Shown here piece by piece: positions 29,420 through 37,405 of a stretch of 64,000 nucleotides of DNA (the first letter of the stretch is position 1; the number at the start of each line of letters is the position of its first letter). Origin of the DNA: Actinomycetes bacterium. Lineage in GTDB: Bacteria; Actinomycetota; UBA4738; HRBIN12. Below the pieces are notes generated by a model. That model had not been told where the DNA came from and ran no database searches. It worked only from the letters and a program-made list of their open reading frames with translations. The stretch spans positions 5,872-69,871 of the forward strand of contig JANPEZ010000010.1 in NCBI GenBank assembly GCA_031423155.1. The letters run 5' to 3'. Both the position numbers and the translations under genes were made by a program.

Positions 29420-30642
29420 GGGTGCAGCGACCTGTACAGTTGATCCTCGTCGCTGAGCAGTGAACCGAGCCGTGCGATGCCTTCGCGTATGCGATCTTTC
29501 GGCGGGTAGCAGAAGGCCAGGCGCATCTTGTCCTTGCCTCGGCCATCGGGATAGAACGCGGTCCCGGGAACGTAGGCGACGCGTCGTTCGACCGCAGCGG
29601 CCAACATCGCTTGCGAGTCAACGTATCCGGGCAGTGTGACCCACACGTAGAATCCCCCGCTGGGGTGGGTCCAGGTGGATCCTTGCGGGAAATGCTCGGT
29701 CAGCGCTTCGAGCATCGTGTCGCGTCTCGAGCGATACACGTCTACCAGAGACGCGAGGTTGGCGCGCCAGCGATCGCCCGCGAAATAGCGCTCCGTGACG
29801 AGCATGTTGAAAGAGGAACCACAGAGATCGGCCGCCTCCTTCGCCAGGATCAATCGTTGGGTCACGCTCTGTTCGGCCAGGGCCCAGCCGACGCGAACGC
29901 CGGGGGAGAAGACTTTCGACACCGTACCGAGGTAGATCACGTTGTCGGGATCCATGGAGCGAAGGCAGGGTAGAGCCTCGCCTTCGAACCGGAGCATGCC
30001 GTAAGGGTTGTCCTCCAGGATGGGGACGCCGGCTTCGCGGCATAAGGCGACGAGCCGCTCGCGTCGCTCCATCGACATCGTTACGCCGGCCGGGTTGCCG
30101 AAGTTGGGGACGGTGTAGACGAACTTGGGCCGGGCACCGCGAAGGAGCAGTTCCTCGAGGTGCTCGACGATCATGCCGTCGTCGTCGACGTCTACCTGCA
30201 GGTATCGGGGTTCGTAGGCGCTGAAGGCGCTTAGCGCTCCTACGTAGGCGGGGGCCTCGACGACGACCTCGTCCCCGGGGTCGACGAAGATCTTGGCGAC
30301 CAGGTCAAGGCCTTGTTGAGCGCCCGTGGTGATGACCATGTCCTCGGGATCGGCCTGCAGACCCTCTGCTTGCATAAGCATCAGCAGGCGCTCGCGGAGC
30401 GCCGGATGACCCTGACCTCCGCCGTACTGAAGCGCCATCGAGCCGTGCTCATCCAGCACTTGTGCAACTACGTCGAGGATGTCTTGGTCGGGAAGTGCTT
30501 GCACGTAAGGCATCCCGCCGGCCAGCGAAACGACCTCCGGGCGCGAGGCGACCGCGAATAGCGCTCGCACCTCGGACGCGGACATGCCCGACGTACGCTG
30601 CGCGTAAAGGTCGACGAAACGATCGACGGAGAACTCGGCCAT
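29416..30642 (-). CDS. PLP-dependent aminotransferase class I/II (LysN-like)
   Basis: 'SLAGGMP', 'NPAG', 'EDNPYG', PLP lysine 'GTVSKVFSPGVRVGW'. Confidence 0.92.
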   Translation of the reverse strand: MAEFSVDRFVDLYAQRTSGMSASEVRALFAVASRPEVVSLAGGMPYVQALPDQDILDVVAQVLDEHGSMALQYGGGQGHPALRERLLMLMQAEGLQADPEDMVITTGAQQGLDLVAKIFVDPGDEVVVEAPAYVGALSAFSAYEPRYLQVDVDDDGMIVEHLEELLLRGARPKFVYTVPNFGNPAGVTMSMERRERLVALCREAGVPILEDNPYGMLRFEGEALPCLRSMDPDNVIYLGTVSKVFSPGVRVGWALAEQSVTQRLILAKEAADLCGSSFNMLVTERYFAGDRWRANLASLVDVYRSRRDTMLEALTEHFPQGSTWTHPSGGFYVWVTLPGYVDSQAMLAAAVERRVAYVPGTAFYPDGRGKDKMRLAFCYPPKDRIREGIARLGSLLSDEDQLYRSLHP

Positions 30643-30677
30643 GGGACCGGCCAGGTTAGCATCCGCTCAGGTGGCGC

Positions 30678-30974
30678 TTACGGGGGGTCGAGCGTTCCGC
30701 TTCTCGGGAAACTCTGCATCACGGCGACCGAGAGATCGTGGCCGATGTGATCGGGGGGATGCGAACGATCCCACGCGCGATGGAATCTGGGTCTGCCGGC
30801 CGCCACGTAGATGATCGCCCCGACGCATCCGGTCAAACCGATCAGGGCGATCCAAGTTCGCCTGGTGCCGGACCGGAACTTCGCATCCCCTGGCATCTTG
30901 GCGACCTTCACCAGCGCCCAACCCCACGTTCCCATCCAAAGCGAGCCCAGGATCCCGTAGAACACCACCGCCAT
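30678..30974 (-). CDS. Small PLDc N-terminal-like (PLDc_N) membrane protein, copy 1
   Basis: 'W.WALV.....P....F..G.R..W..LI.L....GAIIY...GR' pattern; GAGGAG RBS. Confidence 0.7.
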   Translation of the reverse strand: MAVVFYGILGSLWMGTWGWALVKVAKMPGDAKFRSGTRRTWIALIGLTGCVGAIIYVAAGRPRFHRAWDRSHPPDHIGHDLSVAVMQSFPRSGTLDPP

Positions 30975-30984
30975 CGGCTTCTCC

Positions 30985-31245
30985 TCAGTCGGGTCGGGTC
31001 GGAGGGGGAGGTGGAGAGAAGCTGTGCGTGTGGTGCGGTTGTGCCACCGCCGCGGGCCTGCCGACCACCACATAGATGATCGCTCCGATCCAGCCCGTCA
31101 GGACGATGAGCAGCACCCAGACGAGCTTGTTGCCGGCGCGGAACATGGAGTCGTCGGGAACCTTGACCGCGTCCACGAGAGCCCAGATCCAGAATGCGAA
31201 CCCGGCGATCGCCAAGATCGCGAATATCCCGAACGCCGCTTCCAC
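30985..31245 (-). CDS. Small PLDc N-terminal-like membrane protein, copy 2
   Basis: 'FWIWALVDAVKVPDDSMFRAGNKLVWVLLIVLTGWIGAIIYVVVGRP'; AAAGGAG RBS before GTG 31245. Confidence 0.8.
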   Translation of the reverse strand: MEAAFGIFAILAIAGFAFWIWALVDAVKVPDDSMFRAGNKLVWVLLIVLTGWIGAIIYVVVGRPAAVAQPHHTHSFSPPPPPTRPD

Positions 31246-31303
31246 GGCTGGCTCCTTTCGTTGTGTGGGATCGAAACCCCTTCGCCTGGTTCCGCCTGAC
31301 GGT

Positions 31304-32044
31304 TCAGTATCCGGCCGAAACACCCCACTCCACGGGCATCGCCACTCCGTTGATGGGCTCGGCCTCGGGGGAGGCCAGGAACGCGACCACAGATGCGATC
31401 TCGTCGGGGCGGATGAAGCGAGCCCGCTCTGGACCTTGTGGCAGCGTTTCGAGCAGACCTGCGAGATACCCCTTCGGGTCGTCTCCTCCGAAGTCGCGGG
31501 CTTGGCCCTCTAGCATCGGGGTCAGGACGTCGGCGGGGCAGACGCTGTTGACGCGTACCCCTTGGGGCGCGAGCTCCAGCGCCAGGGAACGCATCAGGCC
31601 GTTCACTCCGAACTTGGTGGCGCAGTAGATGGACGCCCCTGGACCGCCGACCAACCCGTAGTCGCTGGAGATCAGGACGATGGAACCCTGCGACCCGATC
31701 AACGCCGGGATGGCGAAGCGGCAGGAGAAGAACGACCCCTTGAGGTTCACATCCGCGACGCGGTCCCACTGCCGCTCGGTCATCTCCTCAGCCGGACCCT
31801 CCACCCAAACTCCAGCCGCGCAAACCAGCACGTCCAACTTGCCATGCAGCGCAAGGGTTTCGGCGACCATGCGCTCGCAGTCCTCTACGCTGGTCACGTC
31901 GGTGTGGATCGCAGTCGCGTCCTCGACCGGAGGTTCTATGCGAAGGTCGGCTACGACCACGACGTCGCCGGCGGCCAGGAACTTCGCAGCGATCGCCCGG
32001 CCCATCCCCCCGGCACCGCCGGTGATCAGTACGACCCTGTTCAT
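31304..32044 (-). CDS. SDR family oxidoreductase
   Basis: 'TGGAGGMG', catalytic 'YCATK'. Confidence 0.93.
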   Translation of the reverse strand: MNRVVLITGGAGGMGRAIAAKFLAAGDVVVVADLRIEPPVEDATAIHTDVTSVEDCERMVAETLALHGKLDVLVCAAGVWVEGPAEEMTERQWDRVADVNLKGSFFSCRFAIPALIGSQGSIVLISSDYGLVGGPGASIYCATKFGVNGLMRSLALELAPQGVRVNSVCPADVLTPMLEGQARDFGGDDPKGYLAGLLETLPQGPERARFIRPDEIASVVAFLASPEAEPINGVAMPVEWGVSAGY

Positions 32045-33000
32045 CCGTTCACCTCCGGGATGATGTCCTTCGCGATGACCTCCAGCATGTCGAGGTCGTC
32101 GAAGAGTTCGTGGTTGAGCATGATGCGCTGCACGCCGGCATCCGCATACTCGCGCAGGCGCGCAGCCGCCTCTTCAGGCGTTCCGACGATGTTGTCTATC
32201 TTCAGCTCTTCGATCTCGTCCTCGAACCTGCCGGCGCGCATCGCGCGCCCGCGGGCGAGCCTAACGCGCCCCAGCCACTCGCCTTCGGTGCGCCCGACGT
32301 AGCACCACGTCATCATCGAGGTCGTGATCGAGTCCGGGTCTCGACCCGCCGCCTCGACTCCGGCGCGCGCTCTGGCGAATCTCGCCTTGACCTGCTCGGG
32401 GGTGCCTCCGACGGTATTGAACTCGTCCGCGTGCCGGCCGATCAGGCGCTGCATCCACGGGCCGACCGTGGTTCCTCCGATGATCAGCGGCATCCGAGGT
32501 TGCTGTACCGGTTTCGGCCAGAACGAAGCCTCGTGGACCTGATAGTGCTTGCCCTGGAAAGAGAACGCGGATCCTTCGGTGAGCAGCCGTTCGACGATCT
32601 CCAGCTGTTCCTCCAAGAGCTCGAAGCGTTCTGCATCCGGCGGGAAGGGCAGGCCGTGGGAGGTGTGTTCCTCCTGCCACCAGCCTGCGCCCATACCGAG
32701 TTCTACGCGTCCGCCGGAGATGTGGTCAACGGTCGTGGCGGCCTTGGCGAGCACAGCCGGTTCGCGGAACGTCACCGGCGAAACCAAGGTACCCAGCCGT
32801 ATGGTCGAAGTACGCGCGGCCAGGCCGGCCAGCATCGTCCAAGCGTCGGAAGATCCGCGCTCGCGGTTGCCCTGAACCGAGCGGTAGTGGTCGGATGTGA
32901 ACAAGGCTTCGAATCCGAGGCGCTCGGCGGCGCCGGCGACCGCGAGCCACTGAGCCCACGTGACGCCCTCCTGGCCCTCGAGCATCAGGCAGAACCGCAC
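32041..33000 (-). CDS. LLM-class (F420-dependent-type) oxidoreductase
   Basis: 'FTSDHY', 'IRLGTLVSPVTFREP', 'DHISGGRVELGMGAGW', 'PKPVQ'; start GTG 33000 or ATG 33012. Confidence 0.9.
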   Translation of the reverse strand: MRFCLMLEGQEGVTWAQWLAVAGAAERLGFEALFTSDHYRSVQGNRERGSSDAWTMLAGLAARTSTIRLGTLVSPVTFREPAVLAKAATTVDHISGGRVELGMGAGWWQEEHTSHGLPFPPDAERFELLEEQLEIVERLLTEGSAFSFQGKHYQVHEASFWPKPVQQPRMPLIIGGTTVGPWMQRLIGRHADEFNTVGGTPEQVKARFARARAGVEAAGRDPDSITTSMMTWCYVGRTEGEWLGRVRLARGRAMRAGRFEDEIEELKIDNIVGTPEEAAARLREYADAGVQRIMLNHELFDDLDMLEVIAKDIIPEVNG

Positions 33001-33012
33001 GGCGCGTAGCAT

Positions 33013-33126
33013 ATGGCTGTGGAGGACCCGGCGGCCCCGACCGAGCAGGCACGCGCGATGCGCGCGTTGATCTTGGGGGCCGTTCTCGGGTGCGTGCTCG
33101 CCCTCTTCGCCCGGCGTCGGGCCTAG
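33013..33126 (+). CDS. Putative small membrane peptide (35-37 aa)
   Basis: MAVEDPAAPTEQARAMRALILGAVLGCVLALFARRRA*; fills the intergenic gap; stop overlaps the amidase stop. Confidence 0.4.
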   Translation: MAVEDPAAPTEQARAMRALILGAVLGCVLALFARRRA

Positions 33127-34184
33127 ATCGGGGCTGGTGCGAAGAAAGCGGCTATGCCCGAAGCCACCGCCGTCGCGATCCGCCCGGCGAAGGCCGGATC
33201 GGAAAGCATCGACTCCTCCTCAGCATTCGTGATGAAGAGCGGCTCGATCTGGACGGCGGGCATCCGGGTCTCGCGAAGCAAGGTTCCCGCTAGTCGTTCG
33301 GCGGTACCGGGCCTTCCCAACTCCGCTTCGAGCGCCTCCAGGATCCTTGCGGCCAAACGCATCCCAGCGGGTGAGTGTGTCGTGGCCGAACCGAAGAAGT
33401 AGCAAGTCGGGCCTGTAGCGTCGGGAGCTCCCTTGTTGAGATGGATCGAGACGCAGGCTGCGGCTCCGAGTTCGTTCGCCGACAGGGCTCGATCGGAGAC
33501 GGAAGGGTTCTCCTCATCGGCTCGCAGCAGCGCGGGTTTGGCGCCCAGGGCGGAGAGCTCGTCGGCCAGGGCCGCCGCCATCGCGAAGGTGACATCGGCC
33601 TCGCGGGTTCCGGCGGGACCCTGATCCCCGGGGTCGTGCGGCCCGTGCCCGGGGTCGATGGCGATGACCAAGCCCGCGATCCCGGCACGCATCCCGCGCA
33701 GCGATTCCTGCTCTCGCACCATGGCCCCGCTCGCGGCCGCGGCGGGCACACGCAGGCGCTCCACCGCGCGCAGGGTTTCCGGTCCGAGGATCCCGTCGAC
33801 GTCGTGGCCGATGTTGCGCTGGAACTCGCGAAGGGCCGCCTCGACGCGCGGGCCGAACATCCCGTCTTCGCGGCCGGCGTCGAAACCCAGGGCACTCAGC
33901 TTGCGCTGCAGCTCACGAACGTCGTCGCCTCTGAAGACGGGTACCCGCAGGTACAGCGTCCGATCTCCGAGGAGATAGCCGGCCTCGACGAGCTGGCCCC
34001 AGGTATCGGGCCCGACCAACCCGTCGACGCGAAGTGCCCGGAGATCTTGGAACGCTCGCACTGCGGCGTCGGACGAGGGTCCGAACGTTCCTCGCGTGTC
34101 GTCGATGGCGGCGCCCAGAGCCGTGAGCCGCTGCTGGATGTCGCCGACTTCGGCACCCTGGTCGCCGAGGCGGAAGATCTGCAT
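33123..34184 (-). CDS. cwlM: N-acetylmuramoyl-L-alanine amidase with two PG-binding domains (CwlM-like)
   Basis: PG_binding_1 repeats 'FQ....L.VDG.VGP.TW'; Amidase_3 'DPGHG', 'TRE', 'SIHLN', 'IEP'; synteny after trxA. Confidence 0.85.
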   Translation of the reverse strand: MQIFRLGDQGAEVGDIQQRLTALGAAIDDTRGTFGPSSDAAVRAFQDLRALRVDGLVGPDTWGQLVEAGYLLGDRTLYLRVPVFRGDDVRELQRKLSALGFDAGREDGMFGPRVEAALREFQRNIGHDVDGILGPETLRAVERLRVPAAAASGAMVREQESLRGMRAGIAGLVIAIDPGHGPHDPGDQGPAGTREADVTFAMAAALADELSALGAKPALLRADEENPSVSDRALSANELGAAACVSIHLNKGAPDATGPTCYFFGSATTHSPAGMRLAARILEALEAELGRPGTAERLAGTLLRETRMPAVQIEPLFITNAEEESMLSDPAFAGRIATAVASGIAAFFAPAPI

Positions 34185-34229
34185 CGGACGAGTATGCCCC
34201 GAGCCGGGGCAGGCCGACGAACGCCCCGC

Positions 34230-34556
34230 TCAGGACAGGTGGGCCTCGAGATCGCGGAGGATCGCGTCCTTCGGCTTGGCACCCACGACACGGGCGACTT
34301 CCTGCCCACCCTTGAACAGGATCAACGAGGGGATGCTCATGACCCCGTACTGGCGGGTGGCACCGGGGTTCTCGTCGATATTGAGTTTGGCGACCCGCAG
34401 GTTCTCGGCTTTGTCATGACCGATCTCCTCGACGATCGGGGAGACCATGTGGCACGGCACGCACCATTCGGCCCAGAAATCGACGAGAACGGGCGTGTCG
34501 GAGTCCAGCACCTTGGCCTGGAACTCCTGGTCGGTTACTGCTCCGATGTTGGACAT
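34230..34556 (-). CDS. trxA: Thioredoxin (WCVPC active site)
   Basis: 'VLVDFWAEWCVPC', 'VMSIPSL'. Confidence 0.95.
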   Translation of the reverse strand: MSNIGAVTDQEFQAKVLDSDTPVLVDFWAEWCVPCHMVSPIVEEIGHDKAENLRVAKLNIDENPGATRQYGVMSIPSLILFKGGQEVARVVGAKPKDAILRDLEAHLS

Positions 34557-34645
34557 GTAGGTGATCCTTCCATACGTGTAGGGGGACCGCGGGCCGGCCG
34601 CCTTCATCTTGAACGCTTGAGGCGGGCTCGATGATTCCCGCTTCG

Positions 34646-35572
34646 TCAGTGGCTCTGTTCCTCCGAGAACTGCTCTGCGTCCATGGCTGCCTTGCACCCC
34701 ATGCCGGCGGCAGTGACGGCCTGACGGTAGATCGTGTCGACCACATCGCCGGCTGCGAAGACTCCGGGAACGCTGGTGAGCGTTCGTGGTTCCTGCACCC
34801 GGATGTATCCCGCATCCAGCTGGAGCTGATCTTCGAACAAGGCGGTATTCGGCGTGTGACCGATCGCGACGAAGACACCGTCGGTCGCGAACTCTCGGTC
34901 TTGCCCGGTGAGGGTGTCGTGAAGCGTTGCTCCGCTCACCGCGCCATCGCCGTGGATCTCCGAAACCGTTGCGTTCCAGATGACTTCGATCTTCGGGTTG
35001 GATAGAACGCGGTCGCGCATGATGTGAGAGGCGCGGAACTCATCGCGTCTGTGAACGACGGTCACCTTCGAGGCGAACTTCGTGAGGAACTGCGCTTCTT
35101 CCATCGCGGTGTCGCCTCCGCCGACGACGATCAGTTCTCGATCACGGAAGAAGAAGCCGTCGCAGGTCGCGCAGCTCGAGACGCCGCGGCCGCGCAACGT
35201 GTCCTCGCCGGGCACACCGAGCCACTTGGCACTGGCGCCGGTCGCGATGATCAGTGCGCGAGCCCGGTACTCGTGATCGCCCGACCAGACGCCGAACGGA
35301 CGCGAGGAAAGATCGACGCGGGTCGCACTTTGGTGGAGCAGTTCGGCGCCGAAACGCTCGGATTGCTTCTCCATCTGGTCCATCAGTTCCGGGCCCATGA
35401 TGCCGCCCTCGAATCCCGGGTAGTTCTCGACCTCGGTCGTGAGCATCAGCTGACCGCCCGCGTCCAGTCCCTTCAGGACCAGGGGCGCGAGCTGGGCACG
35501 AGCCGCGTACAGGGCGGCGGTGAAGCCGGCCGGGCCCGAGCCCAAGATCAGCACTTCTCGTTCGTCTGCCAT
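34646..35572 (-). CDS. trxB: Thioredoxin reductase
   Basis: 'GSGPAG', '[13 protein letters not shown]', 'CATCDG', 'GGGDTA.EEA', 'AAGDV'. Confidence 0.97.
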   Translation of the reverse strand: MADEREVLILGSGPAGFTAALYAARAQLAPLVLKGLDAGGQLMLTTEVENYPGFEGGIMGPELMDQMEKQSERFGAELLHQSATRVDLSSRPFGVWSGDHEYRARALIIATGASAKWLGVPGEDTLRGRGVSSCATCDGFFFRDRELIVVGGGDTAMEEAQFLTKFASKVTVVHRRDEFRASHIMRDRVLSNPKIEVIWNATVSEIHGDGAVSGATLHDTLTGQDREFATDGVFVAIGHTPNTALFEDQLQLDAGYIRVQEPRTLTSVPGVFAAGDVVDTIYRQAVTAAGMGCKAAMDAEQFSEEQSH

Positions 35573-35620
35573 GGCTAGGAATCCTCCCACAGGCAGGAAC
35601 GCTCGCCTATTCCCGGGAAG

Positions 35621-36379
35621 TCAGCCGATCGGATGTTGAACGAACGCCAGGACCTGACACGGATCTAGGTCGACCGCCCAGACCAGGACCTCGTCCGGCG
35701 GCTGGCCGGCGCCGGCGCCCTCGAACGAGACCCCTATCACCGCGGGCTTCTTCTCGAAGGTCGCCAGCAGGAGGGAGGAGTAGATCGCGTCCGCGGAGGC
35801 TCCGGCGTTCGTCAGGCAGGCGATTGCCTTCGCGGTCTCCTGCTCCGTTCCAGGGGTCCCCTCCGGGGACGCGACCTGTCCGTCGGAGGCGGCGATGGCC
35901 ATGTCCTGGAGCGCTTCGGCGTCATAGTCGGTGTTCTCCTGGATCAGGATCTGCGCGTCCGCAACGGGCATCTGGATCGAGATGGCACCCTCCGGTGCGC
36001 TTGGGTTCTGGCCACCCGCGTCACCGGCGGCAGAGATCTTGGTCTGTTCGGTGTTCTGCTGTCGTCCCAGCCGGGGCAGGGAGATCGCGATGAGCCCGAT
36101 GACCGCGGCGGCGGCCACGACGGAGGCCGCGCGATACCACCTAGGGGCCGCCGCTGAACGGCCCCTGGACCCGCGGGCTTCCTCGATGGCTGCGTCGCCG
36201 AGGCCCTCCGGCGCCGTCGGTGCCGCCAGCGCCGCCAGCGCCTGGGTGGCCATAGTGGCCATATCCACCTCGCTGCTGCACCGCGCACACGACTCGAGAT
36301 GGTCCTCGACGCTCTTGCGCTCTGGCGCGGAGAGCGTGTTGTCGACGTAGCCGGCGAGCAGTTCTTCGGGGTGGGTCAT
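35621..36379 (-). CDS. Zinc-finger anti-sigma factor (RsmA-like)
   Basis: ZAS motif 'HLESCARC', one TM, extracytoplasmic domain; coupled to the ECF sigma gene. Confidence 0.85.
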   Translation of the reverse strand: MTHPEELLAGYVDNTLSAPERKSVEDHLESCARCSSEVDMATMATQALAALAAPTAPEGLGDAAIEEARGSRGRSAAAPRWYRAASVVAAAAVIGLIAISLPRLGRQQNTEQTKISAAGDAGGQNPSAPEGAISIQMPVADAQILIQENTDYDAEALQDMAIAASDGQVASPEGTPGTEQETAKAIACLTNAGASADAIYSSLLLATFEKKPAVIGVSFEGAGAGQPPDEVLVWAVDLDPCQVLAFVQHPIG

Positions 36380-36981
36380 GGTTGCCCCTCAGACGGGCCG
36401 GGTTCGGCTCCTGGTTCCCCGCGCGGCGGGACTCCCATCGCCCGTCCCAGGGCCACCCGGCCGCGGTGGACACGGGATTTCACTGTTCCCACGGGCACGT
36501 CGAGGACCCCGGCCGCCTCCTCGTAGGAAAGATCCTGGATCTCGATGAGCACGAGGGCGGTTCTGAACTCGACTGGGATCTCGAGCAGGGCGCGTTGAAC
36601 ATCTATGCCGCTAACGACCGCCTCCGCGTGATCGGGTTCGGGGGGCCCCGGCTCGGGTTCGGGGCCGTGGTCCTCGTCGATCAGCCGGAGCATCGGCTGG
36701 CGGGCTCGCTTGCGCAGGACGTCGTAGCAGGCGTTCACGGCGATCCTGTGCAACCACGTGCCGAAGGCGGCTTCCCCGCGGAACTGGGAGAGCTTGCGCA
36801 GGACCTGCAGGAAGGCGTCCTGGGCCGCATCGCGCGCATCCTCTTCCCGGCCGAGCATCCGCAGGCAAACGCTGTACACACGGCCCTCGTGGCGGCGGAC
36901 GAGCAACTCGAAGGCGCCGCTGTCACCAGCGAGGTGCTTGCGGACCAAGTCCTCGTCGGCATCGGGTTGGGTGGCGCTCAC
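36376..36981 (-). CDS. sigM: ECF sigma factor (SigM-like)
   Basis: Region 2 'DAAQDAFL...WLHRIAVN'; region 4 'GTVKSRVHRGR'; murJ-sigM-trxB synteny. Confidence 0.85.
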   Translation of the reverse strand: MSATQPDADEDLVRKHLAGDSGAFELLVRRHEGRVYSVCLRMLGREEDARDAAQDAFLQVLRKLSQFRGEAAFGTWLHRIAVNACYDVLRKRARQPMLRLIDEDHGPEPEPGPPEPDHAEAVVSGIDVQRALLEIPVEFRTALVLIEIQDLSYEEAAGVLDVPVGTVKSRVHRGRVALGRAMGVPPRGEPGAEPGPSEGQP

Positions 36982-36991
36982 AGCTCGGCCG

Positions 36992-37405
36992 TCAGATCGG
37001 GGCCGGGGCGGTTTCGGTAGCGCTGGCTTTGGCCAGGTCGGCCAGGAAGTCGACCCGCTTGAACAGCAGCGTGTTCGCGACCTTCTTGACGGTGATCGTG
37101 ACCGAGCCGTCCTGGATGTTCACGAAGCAGCCACTGGGCGGTATGCGGGCCTCAGGGTCCTCGCTGGCTACGACGCTGTCGGCCATGTCGCACGCATCCG
37201 CGATCTTCTTCGTCTGCTTGTACGTGTAGGCGGCCTCGCTGGCGGCGTTGCCGGCTGCGTCCGCGGTCCTGTACTTGGCGAGCAGCACCGAGCCCCCGTC
37301 GAGCGCGATGACGCCCAGGATCAGCAGGATCACTACCCACGCGAGCATGACCTTCCCGATCAGGCCGCGCTCGTCGCCGTGGAACCGCTCCGCAAGAGTT
37401 CTCAT
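36992..37405 (-). CDS. TadE/TadG-like pseudopilin-type protein
   Basis: 'MRTLAERFHGDERG|LIGKVMLAWVVILLILGVIALDGG...AADAA..AA' class III-like signal; Cys pair; ATGA overlap with the murJ stop. Confidence 0.6.
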   Translation of the reverse strand: MRTLAERFHGDERGLIGKVMLAWVVILLILGVIALDGGSVLLAKYRTADAAGNAASEAAYTYKQTKKIADACDMADSVVASEDPEARIPPSGCFVNIQDGSVTITVKKVANTLLFKRVDFLADLAKASATETAPAPI

